From positions 1-40,526 of the forward strand of contig NW_021835491.1 of assembly GCF_006345805.1 (NCBI RefSeq): a DNA stretch of 40,526 nt, in the 5' to 3' direction. Positions 1-12,930 of the stretch are shown piece after piece. The notes beneath the pieces were generated by a model. It saw only the letters and a program-made list of their open reading frames with translations. It ran no database searches and had not been told where the DNA came from. Numbering within the stretch: the stretch's first letter is position 1; each line of letters begins with the position of its first letter. This stretch comes from Octopus sinensis (taxonomy: Eukaryota). The translations under genes and the position numbers were made by a program.

Positions 1-165
1 AAAGTGCTTCTCTTCCGCAGCATATAATATAATATAATAATATAAAATAAAATATTAATATAATATAATATAATTAATATATATAATATAATATATATAT
101 ATATAGTGTGTGTGTGTGTGTGTGTGTTGTGTGTGTGTGGTGTGTGTGTGTGTGTGTGTGTGTGA
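1..165. repeat. AT-rich / (TA)n followed by (GT)n microsatellite
   Basis: Direct reading of the sequence. Confidence 0.95.
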
Positions 166-877
166 TTAGTTTCCTTTCTCTGTGTCTGCCGGGCAAACAA
201 ATCTATTCTCGTCTCCATAAACGTATTTCTATATATTTGTTCGTATCTAATATAAACACACATAAAATATGTTAGTTTTAATAATGTTTCAATATGCTTC
301 ACTGGATCACTTATATTAAAGTTAAGCTTAGAAATTCACGGCGCTCCTCTCGGAGTTTTAATGCATTAAACTTTGAAATGTCAAATCTAACGGAGGCGCC
401 CTCTTCATACGTTTCGAGCCACTTATGGAATTTATGCCGCCACTTATGGAATTACTTTGATTGTGGAAGGATTCTTGCACGTTAGCACACATGATTAGTT
501 GTAAGTTCCACCGAATTGTCTTGTCTTCATTTACGGCTGACAAAACAGCCAAACGTACACATTCGCAATTACATACTCGTAAAGCAGGTACGCACGCATA
601 TCTTGACAGATTTGCATATATGCACACACACAAACACACATATAACTTTTACATGTTAAGTAAATGTACTCAATACATAATGAAGAGTAATTATATTTAT
701 TCTAGTGTAGCTTCCTCTCCCTCACTTCTCTCAAATATCTATCTGCCTGTCCGTCTGTCCGTTCGTCCGTTCATCCGTCTGTCTGTCTAGCTAGCTAGCT
801 AGCTGGCTAGCTCTGAAATAATATACCAGTCAACTACTTGGGTCGATGCAACCCTTTCTCAATATTAGAAACACTTA

Positions 878-1063
878 AGGCGGCGAGCTGGCAGAATCGT
901 TAGCACGCCGGACAAAATGCTTAGCGGCATTTCGTCCGTCTTCACGTTCCGAGTTCAGATTCCGAGGTCCGATAAAATAAGAATCAGTTGAGCACTGTGA
1001 TCGATCTAATCGATTTACCGCTTCACCAAATGGCCGGCCTTGTGCCATTTGATATTTGAAACA
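878..1063 (+). mobile_element. tRNA-derived SINE, family A (GGCGGCGAGCTGGCAGAATCGTTAGC...), internally deleted
   Basis: Same head and tail as the 14179-14791 copies but lacks about 30 bp of the central GTCGACTTTGCCTTTCATCC segment. Flanked by TSD AATAT(T/C)AGAAACACTTA at 861-877 and 1064-1080. Confidence 0.85.
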
Positions 1064-1084
1064 AATATCAGAAACACTTATATA

Positions 1085-1238
1085 GCAGGCGTGACTGTGT
1101 GATAAGAAGCTTGCTGCCCAACCACATGATTCCGTGTTCAGTCTCACTGCGTATCACCTTGGGCAAGTGTTTTCTACTATGGCCTCGGTTCGATCAAAAG
1201 CCTTGTGAATGGATTTGGTAGATAGAAACTGAAAGAAG
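1085..1238 (+). mobile_element. SINE family B, 5' half only
   Basis: Colinear with 1327-1480: tRNA-like head, then GGCAAGTGT...GGATTTGGTAGA..GAAACTGAAAGAAG. Confidence 0.85.
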
Positions 1239-1276
1239 GATTTCGTAGACGAACTGAAAGAAGAATATAATAATAT

Positions 1277-1326
<50 letters not shown>

Positions 1327-1328
<2 letters not shown>

Positions 1329-1742
1329 CGCAGAAGTGGCTGTGTGGTAAGTAGCTTGCCTACCAACCACATGGTTCCGGGCTCAGTCCCACTGCGTGGC
1401 ATCTTGGCAAGTGTCTTCTGCCATAGCCCCGGGCTGACCAATGCCTTGTGAGTGGATTTGGTAGACGGAAACTGAAAGAAGCCTGTCGTATATGTATATG
1501 TATATGTATATATGTATATGTGTGTGTGTTTGTGTGTCTGTGTTTGTCCCCCTAGCATTGCTTGACAACCGATGCTGGTGTGTTTACGTCCCCGTCACTT
1601 AGCGGTTCGGCGAAAGAGACCGATAGAATAAGTACTGGGCTTACAAAGAATAAGTCCCGGTGTCGATTTGCTCGACTAAAGGCGGTGCTCCAGCATGGCC
1701 GCAGTCAAATGACTGAAACAAGTAAAAGAGTAAAAGAGAGTG
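1327..1742 (+). mobile_element. SINE family B, full length, with internal (TA)/(TG) linker and (AAAAGAGT)n tail
   Basis: A-box/B-box-like head TGGCTGTGTGGT..GGTTCCGGGCTCAGTCCC. Near-identical copies at 24434-24834 (-) and 28922-29319 (-). Confidence 0.9.
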
Positions 1743-1860
1743 AGTAATATATATTTTTTCACGTGTAGTTTCTATTTTCTTTTTGTAACATATTTCTATT
1801 ACACACACACATACACACACACACACACAACACACACACACACATATATATATAATATAT

Positions 1861-2311
1861 CGAGGGAGTACCCAAAAGTAATTGGGAACGTTCTCCGGGA
1901 CAAACCCGTTGTAGTTCAGACTTTCGTCGCTAGAAACCACTTGATGCGACCCTCAGGCACCAGTCTGCGGACCGGCGTCGTCCGGTTTGGTCATGCTGCC
2001 ACGTAGTGCATCTTTATTTTGCTGTCTTTCCCTTCTGTTCGTTGATTTTTGCGATGCCTGAAACAAAGTAACGGCGTGCTTCCGTGAAATTCTGTTTTCT
2101 GCCGGGGAAAACCGCGGCCGAAACGGTTGTCATGATTCAAGCAACTTAAAAGGACGCTCCCATGGGCAAAACACAAGTTAACGAGTGGTTTCCACGCTTT
2201 ATGAATGGTCGCTTGTCGCTTGATGACCAACCTCGCTCAGGGTGATCGTCGACCTCCCGAACGAGTGAAAACATCATGAAAATTTGTGAACTGACTTTGG
2301 AGAACAATCAC
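1861..2311 (+). mobile_element. Mariner DNA transposon, 5' fragment
   Basis: Starts with mariner-like terminus (TA)..CGAGGGAGTACCCAAAAGT next to a TA run and contains a decayed transposase N-terminus. No right TIR found. Confidence 0.75.
2054..2311 (+). pseudogene. Mariner transposase N-terminal HTH, 3 in-frame stops
   Basis: Manual translation MPETK*RRASVKFCFLPGKTAAETVVMIQAT*KDAPMGKTQVNEWFPRFMNGRLSLDDQPRSG*SSTSRTSENIMKICEL. Matches the mariner pattern IKFCFxLGKTAxET..VYEWFxRFKxGRxSLEDxPRSGRP. Confidence 0.85.
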
Positions 2312-2386
2312 CAAAAACATGACACACTTTTTGATATGACTTGTGTGTCCCGGAGTGTGTGTGTGTGTGTGTATGTGTGTGTGTGT

Positions 2387-2722
2387 GAAGGTGCATGGCT
2401 CAGTGGTTAGAGCGTAGAGCTTACGGTCGTGAGGTTGTGAGTTCGATTCCCAGACTGGGCTGTGTGTTGTGCTCTTGAGCAAGACACTTTATTTCACGTT
2501 GCTCCAGTTAACTCAGCTGTAGAAATAAGTTACGACATCACAGGTGCCAAGCTGTATCGGCCTCTTTGCCTTTCCCTTGGATAACATCAGTGGTGTGGAG
2601 AGGGGAGGCTGGTATGCATGGGCAACTGCTAGCCTTCCACAAACAATCTTGCCCTGACTTGTGCCTCGGAAGGTAACTTTCTAGGTGCAATCCCATGGTC
2701 ATTCATGACCGAAGGGGGTCTC
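2387..2722 (+). mobile_element. tRNA-derived SINE, head 1 + tail X
   Basis: Head GGTGCATGGCTCAGTGGTTAGAGC..GTTCGATTCCC; central TTGAGCAAGACACTTTATTTCACGTTGCTCCAG shared with 19875-20197; distinct 3' tail. Confidence 0.85.
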
Positions 2723-2749
2723 CTCCTATATATATGTATGTATGTATGT

Positions 2750-2925
2750 CTGTCTATGTGTGCGCGTCTTTGCGTCTGTATTTGCCCCCACTCCACTGCT
2801 TGACAATCGGTGTTGGTGTGTTAGCGGTTCGACAAAAGAGATCGATAGAATAAGTACCAGACTTTAAAAAAAATATTAGGCCAATATGGCCGCCGTCTAG
2901 TGACCGAAACGAGTAAAAGATAAAA
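2750..2925 (+). mobile_element. SINE family B, diverged 3' fragment
   Basis: TTAGCGGTTCGACAAAAGAGATCGATAGAATAAGTAC..GAGTAAAAG matches the family B tail. Confidence 0.75.
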
Positions 2926-3166
2926 AGTAGCTGTTATAAAGACACCATTATGTAACTATAAAACAATATTTCACTCATAAGTATCGTAAATATTTTATTA
3001 CGCAGCAAAGAGTATTAAAAAGTAGTTGTATAGACATAACTCCATAGCTGTGGTAAAGATACTGTTATATAGAGTTTGAAAACAAGGCACTTTTATATCT
3101 GACCAAGCTCTCATCTACTTCAAGTACCTCTTGATGAGGAAAGAGAGGAGAGAGAGAGAGAGAGAG

Positions 3167-3205
<39 letters not shown>

Positions 3206-4229
3206 GTGATGCCTTTTAGAGTGTTTATTGAAAAGTTGATGAAAGTAGTAAGTCTGGTGAATCTGAAAGGGTCTACTTTATTTCATCGACCTCATTCGAT
3301 GAGAATAAAGTACCAGTCAAGGAAAAGGGTCGATGGCGGATTAGCAGAAAGCTGGGTTATCGAATGCTTTATTCATCTAAGAATTTCATGACAATTCGTG
3401 CACAACAATAAATGGTCCGAGTAGTGACGATATCGACATTGATAGAGACTAGAACAACAACCGAAATATCGGTCGTTCGAATCACGGAAACAGCTGTCAG
3501 GTTGTGAACATGACTGCAGTACATTTTAAATTTATCTGTTCATCCCATCTAGTACTTAGTGGTCAGCAACCAGATGGTGAGATGACTGGGGGTTGTCGTG
3601 GGCAGTAACAATCAAGCGACAGTGTAACAACCGATAAAACGTTTGGTTAACCAGCTGCGGAGAACCAGCGACTCGTAACACGATAGAAACGCCAGGGAAA
3701 TATGGTGCTTCTTGCAATTATACCAGTGGTTACTTATACAAACACTACCACCATCACGACCATCAGTATACCACCACCGGACACACACACTCTAGAGCGG
3801 ATAGCAACATAAATGAAGGCTTGTCTTATTTGTTGGGCATCACGCGCGATTACGTTCTTCACAAAACTGTCCTCCAGCTATTATCAATTATAACGTTGTT
3901 TCGCTTCGAAACAGGTTCGCGTGACAAATGTCCAAAAAAGACAGCTGAAAGGCGCTTGAGAACGTCCGATAGTTACAGAATCTCGGAGCGATTCAATAGA
4001 AATGTCACTGTCGCCATTTTAATTATTTTATTTTTTATTTTCCCATCATTTACGGGAAATAATACGAATGCCTTTGCTATCTAAACGAGCTTCGAAATAT
4101 TTCTGCTTCGTTGCATAAATAATACTGAAAATAGAACAGGATTCAGGAAATGTCTGTTGTGTGCTTGAACAAAACCTACTTCCATCGTAACAGTCCGTCA
4201 CAAAAGCTTATAAAAATACCCCCTTCAAC

Positions 4230-4949
4230 CCGTCTCCCACCTCTCTCTCCTTCTGTCTCTCCTTCTCTCTATCTCTCCTTCTCTCACTCTTTCTCACTCT
4301 CTCCTCTTTCTCTCTCCCTCTCTCTGTCCTGAAGTCCTTTGTCTCAGTGTCTATATATCTAACCTTACCCCCCCTCTCTCTCTATCACTTATGTATTTAT
4401 ATAAACATACACAACACACATGTACATACATATACATATTTAACACGGGTGTATACATGTATATAAATATGTATTCATATATATGTATACGTTATGTATA
4501 TATACATTTATATGTATACACACACACACACACACTCATACACACACATACGTATCCATATATTTCTCTAATTGTACATACACAAACACACATACACACA
4601 CACACATAAGGATGTGTATATCGGTCTCCCCCCCTCTCTCTCTATATATATATGTATATATGTCTCAATCTAGTCATATATTTACACACAGGCATACACT
4701 CACAGTCATACAAACTGAGACAAAGTGAGAAGGTGTTTTGGTATAATATTTTATATACAAAACCATAAAACAGATATTTACTTATAGGTATACGTATTTA
4801 TAAAGTATATATATATATATATATATAATCTATATATATATATATATAGTATATATATATATATATATATATATATGTAAGATATATACGTATATGCATA
4901 TATCTATATGATATTACATGTATATATAATACGTATATGGATATATATG

Positions 4950-4981
<32 letters not shown>

Positions 4982-5931
4982 ATATGTATATTATATATAT
5001 GTATGTATATATATGCATATATAATTATGTATTATGTATATATATGTATATATATGTATATATGTATATGTATATATGTATATATGTATATATAAATATA
5101 TGTATATATGTATATATGTATATATGTATATATATATATAAGCATATATATATATATGTGTATATATATATATATTATATTATAAAGCCACATCAGATGC
5201 CATGATGGTGCTAGGCGTAGGTACAGGAGGTGGTCAAACTCTGCATATGGTGTAGACAACCACCAATCACCAGGTATATATATATATATATGTATATATA
5301 TATTATACAAATATATAAATATATGTATACATATATTCTATGTATGTATGTATGTATGTATGTATGTATGTATGTATGTTTGTATGTATGTATGTATGTA
5401 TGTATGTACGTATGTATATATGCAGATATGCGTAGGCATAACATAAAATCCTATATACATACATATATTCATCCACATACATACATACACATGCGTGCAC
5501 ACGCACTCACACACATAAATTGAGAGAAAAAGAAAACTAGATAAAGAGTGACACTGAGAAAAAAAAAGGGAATGAGACAAGGAGAGAAAAAGAGAGACAA
5601 ATACCAAGAGAAAATACATAAAAATATATTTTAAACATTTCATTAACAATGGAAAAATAAGACATTTAGAAGTGAATCGTATATAAAAAAACACTCTTCA
5701 TGATAAGGAATAGCATAGTGTCTTTACACAGGCAGCTGTGTGTATCGATATAAATATATGTGTGTGGGTGTGTTAGTGTTGTGTGTGTTAGTGTGTGTAT
5801 TATATATCCACCGATATCACGTATATTGACATGTGCTTTTAAGGTGCGCTTTTATGCATATAGTTATACACGCACACACACACACACACACATATATGCA
5901 TGCATGCAGATACACACAGGCATATCTATCT

Positions 5932-5966
<35 letters not shown>

Positions 5967-6008
5967 TTCTATCTTTCTATCTATCTCCTTTTCTGCTTTT
6001 CTCTGTGC

Positions 6009-6099
<91 letters not shown>

Positions 6100-6380
6100 T
6101 AATGTTTGTTTATGTTTAATAAAAAAACAATTTTACATGAAATTGAAGGATTACTCAATAAATTTATTATATTTTAGCAAAAATAGTATTGACAGTGACT
6201 TCGAAGTTTCGGGCAGCCAACCCATCATGTAACAGTTATGTGTGCGTATATATATATATAATATATATTATATATATATATTATATATATATATATATAT
6301 ATTACACATATATATATATACATACATACATAAATACATATATAATATATATATATATATATTAATATATATATATATAT
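4230..6380. repeat. Compound microsatellite field (CT, CA, TA, TATG, ATCT)
   Basis: Direct reading. Source of many spurious [12 protein letters not shown] ORFs. Confidence 0.9.
6191..6228 (-). ncRNA. Partial hammerhead-ribozyme-like motif (Penelope-type), 5'-truncated
   Basis: Minus strand AUGA-U-GGG uuggcug CCC-GAA-ACUUCGAAGU-C-ACUGUC: stem II, GAAA, perfect palindromic stem III and a GUC site. The CUG and the 5' strand of stem I are missing. Confidence 0.5.
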
Positions 6381-6544
6381 ATATAATTTCAGCAAAACAA
6401 TTAAGATTCAAATGAATTCAAATGAATTCAAATGAATATGGTACTTAACTTAGATGCACCAGAATTCTTTATGGTATCAACCATAAAATTATGTGGGGTG
6501 ATTATAACCAAGAAAAAGTAACATTCTTGTTGCTTTTTTCTTGG

Positions 6545-6631
<87 letters not shown>

Positions 6632-7765
6632 CGTCACTAAAGTGACAGAGGGTATTAAGTGGTACCGGCTTTGTTAGAAATAATGGTCGAACTGACCCAC
6701 TAGCCACAAGAGGGCAAACCTTTAGGTTGTTAAATTGCTAATAAGCCACCCATATTATATATATATACACGTTAAATATTATTTACTTGTTTCAGCCGTT
6801 AGACTGACGCCATGCTGAAGCACCACCTTATATATATTTATAAAACAGAGTGTGTGTGTGTGTATGTGTGTGTGTGTGTGTGTGTGCGTGTGTAGTGCGT
6901 ATGTTCCTTATGGATTCGAAAACTGAGTAGCCGATTCTGACGTATGAGGTATCAAAAGGATTAGTAATCTTTCAGCTACCAAGTAAAGTATGCTTTTTGC
7001 ACAACTCTTCTTTACTACAAAAATAACCTCAAAAACTAGGTGGGGTCGCATAATTTTGAAGTCATTTGCGGGCAATATCTGGAGTTCTGTGCATAATTTA
7101 ATGACCAACAAAGCTGCAAACATACTTACTACCAACCGATATTGTTTTACGAATGTGACTGTAGCTTTGTGTCTCTCCTCAAATACTGCAGGGCCGGATT
7201 ATTAGCAGATGTAGAGTGTACTATTTGGGTTTGGGTTTTCGTGGTGTCTTTTCTTTTAAAAATGATCCTTATAGCATCTTATGACCATGCTCTTGCAATG
7301 AATAATTTTAAACTTAAAGTATCTGCCACGATCTCCTCCAATTCGTATTTGCATAGTATCAGATAACCTGTCGTGTTTTCGCAAGACAGAAGTACATTAG
7401 TTTTCCTTACAGAAGCTTCAGTAATTATTTGCGGAAGATAGGCAGCTGTTCGATGCGCAAAATGTTCGAAGCTTTCAATTTTTCGAGGAAATGTTTCATA
7501 TCAAGAGTTTATCTTGTTGGGTAGGATTAATGAAAATCAGTTTTTCGTTCCTGTTCGTATTTACTCCTGCTTAGTGTTGTTGCTAAGATTTCTATTTGGT
7601 GCAGTTAAAATGTCTGCGTTTTCTTTTAGCTCATGTTTATCAAGTAATGATTTGCGTTAGAATATTTTAAAAATCTTGTATTTTTTGGTTAATTTATGTG
7701 TGACAGGCATTGTTTTATGCAATCATCATCTTTTTGTATTGGAGCCGTCGCATGAATGTTGACGG

Positions 7766-7826
<61 letters not shown>

Positions 7827-8146
7827 AGTAGTTGAATTAATTACCTTATTAAGGATAATTCGAAAGATAACTAGTCGTTCAACTCCATTCTTTCATATAC
7901 TTATATATATATATATATATATTATTGACAGTGTTGTAAGGAAAAGATCTTTGTCTAAGAATAAAACAAATCTTATGATGTTTTTTGACAACCTCTGTGC
8001 GATGAGGATTCTCCATACTGTAAGAAATCGCATGCATATGAGTACTTTTGGTAAAAACTATTATGACATCTGGAAAAAAAAATTTGATTTCGGAGAGCGG
8101 CTTGTAAAACAAGTCTACTTAGTCAGCAGTAAATAGCAACAACAGC

Positions 8147-8179
<33 letters not shown>

Positions 8180-8540
8180 AATAATAATAATGTGCAGAGG
8201 ATCTGAACTCAAGTCCAACATCCCTGGCTCTATATACGCAAAACAGCGATTAGTTCAGTTGATATAAGTCTGTCAAATTTAAATAACTCTCTATTATAAC
8301 AACATCAGCAACAGCAACAACAACAACATCTACTACAACTACTACTACTACTACTTCAACTATTGTATTTTGTGTTCAACATGTAATAACTTCCTTTATT
8401 TTTATCTAAGAATTAAGTAAAAGTTGAAAAAAAAAAATGATAGAAATGTCTCAAACTGCAGATGGCAGATGGAAAATTCAATTGTATAAGTGTTTAGTTT
8501 GGGTTTTAGCAAGATAAGAATAAATAATTGTAAACGGAAT

Positions 8541-8572
<32 letters not shown>

Positions 8573-8712
8573 TCCTTCCTTCTTACACACGTATGGTGAA
8601 TGCGTACATATAAAATTATTTATGACAGACACGCACACACGTGCACATATGTTCACGCAAAACATATGGATGTATGCAGATATGTTTGTGTGTGTGTGAG
8701 TGTGTGTGTGTG

Positions 8713-8755
<43 letters not shown>

Positions 8756-8886
8756 TATATATATATACTTATAAATGTCATATAGTTTTGCACATACACG
8801 CACATATAAGCTTGTATATATATATATCAAAACTACATATGAATACACAAACACACATGATACCCAACCACACGCGCACACACAAA

Positions 8887-8945
<59 letters not shown>

Positions 8946-9008
8946 GTATATGTATATGCCTATGTATGTGTGTATATATATATATATACATATATATAAT
9001 TATTATTG

Positions 9009-9055
<47 letters not shown>

Positions 9056-9554
9056 GGTAGAATTATTTCCTATTAAATATATGTATGTATATGCGTGTGT
9101 GTGTGTATAAAAATGCATATGCACATATATGGATATGTCTAAAAACAAAACAACGGAAAACTCAACAAGTTTTCAAGAATTTATACTTATTTATATAAAA
9201 ACGAAGGCGTTATATCACATTGCTTAAAATTTCACATAAGTTAGAAAACATTCATTATAGTTCGGAAGACGCTTCCCTCAAACACACGCGTACCCGCTGC
9301 CCTCGCATAGCCCAGACATACGATTAATAAAATGCATAATTATAACTTATAAACCCGATTTACCAATCAGTTTCATACCAGAAAGTTGAGTAAACAATTC
9401 CGCAGTCATCAGAAAGGGCTGTCATATACCTTTTAGATTTTTCTGATGATTACCATGTTTTTCTCGACTTTCTTGAATGAAACAGATATACAGATTAGTT
9501 GTTATGAGGCGATAATATTGTAGTTTTATTAATATATGAGTGTTTTTTTTATTC

Positions 9555-9642
<88 letters not shown>

Positions 9643-9705
9643 TTATCTATCCATACATACATATATATAGTTATATCTATAGGTCTATCTACACACACAC
9701 ACACA

Positions 9706-9840
9706 CAGTTGAAATTTATAGAAAAAAAACAAAAGACGAAGACAGGTGTATGAACAACAAGCAAGTATATTAGTTTGACGCTAGGGATAAATGAAAAAGT
9801 CTTTTACCTTTCGAGCCTATGCTCTTCAGTTAAAGGAATA
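9706..9840 (-). mobile_element. Probable Penelope-like element terminus with degenerate hammerhead motif
   Basis: Minus strand CUUU aa CUGAAGAGC AUAG GCUC GAAA GGU A AAAG. Family assignment is inferred from the motif. Confidence 0.4.
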
Positions 9841-10894
9841 ATAGAAAAAGTTCAAACAATTCAAAAAGTTCAAAAGTCGTGGTAGATTGGAGCGCTTTAC
9901 ATCAACGAAAAAATCCAGTGAAATATGTATATGGTACTGTCCAGGTGTCGAAACCATAGTGATACTAGTATGGACCGCTGGTAACGGGAATGGTCAAATG
10001 CTTTGCGCGATTGTGAATTTCTTATATCTTGGTCTCGTTATTCTGTACTGCCGAAAGTGTTTATGAGGATCATAGTTTATGGGGATCACTAACATTGGAA
10101 TTGCACAGTTTCCTTTATCGGTGATCTAATTATGCTAGAATAAGGTTTAGATAATGGCGTCTAATTTTGGGGCGGTTCTGGGGCATATATTCATCGGGAT
10201 TCTGTAAAGGTATCTTTTCCCAAATGTTTACTCCCAAAGATTTGATCAACCGGAACTCATGTTAGATTGCTTTTGCCCCTGAAGCGCAGCGCAGTAGTAG
10301 ATCGAACCCGGATCCACGGGTGGTTCTGCAGTACGACATCATTCTCAATCGCGCCACCATATTTGCATAAAGCATTAATTTATTTTGTTTGTTCTTCAAT
10401 TCTGTTACTTTTAAAACGCCACCCCCCGCCGTCTCTGCTCTTTGAATAATCAACAAAATATAAACACCATCTCACACTTCGATGAATAATCTCCCCGATC
10501 AACCGATATTGATGAGATGTTCGCATGTAACAATAGGTTTTCACATTATCGCGTTTCTAACGATTCTTTGACAAGTGCAATTCTAACGTCATTAAGAATG
10601 AATATCAAGCAATTAGCTGGCTTTTACCAGGAGGTTTTATGTTTCGATAAAATATTTAATAAAACACGTTGAGACACACTAACGAAATAATTATCATGAA
10701 AGCTATTGTTCGTATCAGAACACATTGTTCTTCATGTGACACAATCACGACCTCACCGTGCCATCCTCACAATAAAATTAAGCAATTGAATAATCACTTT
10801 TAAAAAAATAAAATAATGAAATAATTCCATTCATATATTTTGTTTTAGAGATACACCAGCAATATGGATATCATTCCGTCTGTTTGGACGACGT

Positions 10895-11024
10895 ATACAT
10901 AGATAGATAGATAGATAGATAGATCAGATATGATAGATACATACATATCATACATACATACATACATACATACATACATACATTCACAAACACATACATA
11001 CATGCATACTCATACATGCATGCA

Positions 11025-11056
<32 letters not shown>

Positions 11057-11225
11057 CATATACATGCATACATACATACATACATAGATACATACATACA
11101 AATACGCATACATAGACATATATGCACAACATACATACATACATCATACGCACATACATACATATACATGCACATACGCCATACATACATACATACAACA
11201 TACACACACATACATATCATATATA
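10895..11225. repeat. (GATA)n/(TACA)n microsatellite
   Basis: Direct reading. Confidence 0.9.
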
Positions 11226-11389
11226 TACTACATACACACATAGCGCATACAACCAAGAGAGAATATACCAATTACTTCATACGCATGCATAAAGGCCATA
11301 CGCCACACAGGTACACACATCCGCACATATATCTAAATCTGAAAGCGCTAACAAAGGACAATACTATCATCAAAGCTAATCATATTCTC

Positions 11390-11455
<66 letters not shown>

Positions 11456-11744
11456 ATCTATCTATTTTTCCCCCTTTTTTCTTCTTTTTTCATTTCTCTT
11501 TTCTTTTGTTCCTTTTCCTTTTTCTTTTATTTATTTTATTTCATTTATTTATTTATTTATTTATTTTTTTTATTAAAAAAATTTTTTTGTTCTTCTTTTT
11601 CCCTTTTACGATCCCTTTTGATCGAAAACCTACGCCACCTTATTTTTTTGTTTTGTTTTTTTGTTTTTTTCATCCCCCAAAAGAAAAGCTCTACCTTGTA
11701 ACTTGTCCCATCTATGTGCAGCCCTGTGTGGCCAATAAAGAAAC

Positions 11745-11813
<69 letters not shown>

Positions 11814-11818
11814 CCTAC

Positions 11819-11852
<34 letters not shown>

Positions 11853-12409
11853 GTCTCCCCTCTCTCTCTCTCTAGGTGTAGCCATCGCCATGTAGTTAAA
11901 GAGTTCGCTTCGTTATCAACAGGTTCCGGGATCGATCTTGCTGTGTGGTCTGTTGAGGAAAGGTCTTTACAGAAATCTTAGGTTGACCCATGTCTTCTGA
12001 ATGAAACTGGGAAGATGGAATCTGTGTTGAGATCCATCGATTAAATTCTAGCTGTGTTTCAAAGATCTAAGCTTGTGAGTTGCAGCGTGCACGAAACCTC
12101 AAGCAACGTGGTGTTGAGCCAAGCCGTTCTTAAATACTTATAACACCAGCCAAATGTCGTGTTCAGTGCTGATCACCTCTTTAATGCCTATGTAGAAATA
12201 TGACCCCAAATGGAGACTTGCTTGACCTACTAGAAATAGCAGCCGAACCTACCTGCCGCTGATCATGGAATTTTGTCCATCCGGTTTGATCTGAGGCCAA
12301 GTAACCACCACAACAACAGCAGTAGCAACAATAACAACAGCAGCAATAAAAACAACAACAGTAGCAACAAAAACAACAGCAACAGCAGCAACAACCAACA
12401 GCAACACCA

Positions 12410-12930
12410 GTGGAAGCGCAATGGCCCAGTGGTTAGGGCAGCGGAGTCGCGGTCGTAAGAACGCGGTTTCGATTCCCGGTCCGAGCATTGTGAGTGTTTA
12501 TTGAGCAAAAACACCTAAGCTCCACGAGGCTCCGGCATGGGGGTGGGTGAACCCCGCTGTAACTCTTTCACCACAACTTTCTCTCACTCTTTCTTCCTGC
12601 TTCTGCCACAAAGCAGAGGAACCATGGTGTAACCCATTATGGTGTGGTAAACTTTCAGACCCTAGTCTAGATTGCGAATCCTCTGTACCCCAGGATGGTT
12701 CAGCTCTCCACCCGTTAAAAGCCACCGTTTACGGAATGAGGATAACAACGTAGCTTTCGCGCCCGTGCAACCGCCAGTCTATCGCGTGTGGTGGGTGGGT
12801 CTTCAAGTTGCCACACGCATTGTTAGTAGCTTAGGGTGGGCTCGAATTAGAGATTATTCTTTGTGGCCAATGGCGTGGGTCCTGATTGGAAGAAGAAGAA
12901 GAAGAAGAAGAAGAAGAAGAAGAAGAAGAT
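12410..12930 (+). mobile_element. tRNA-derived SINE, head 2 + tail Z, (GAA)n end
   Basis: Head identical in type to 26632, 29320 and 30424 up to ..CTCTTTCTTCCTG, then a different tail shared with 27995-28470. TSD AGCAACACCA at 12400-12409 and 12931-12940. Confidence 0.9.

Noticed and set aside
8140-8360. (CAA)n, (TAA)n, (GAT)n and (GAA)n triplet runs as poly-Q/N/D/E coding tracts
   Set aside because: No splice context or flanking ORF; ordinary microsatellites or SINE tails.
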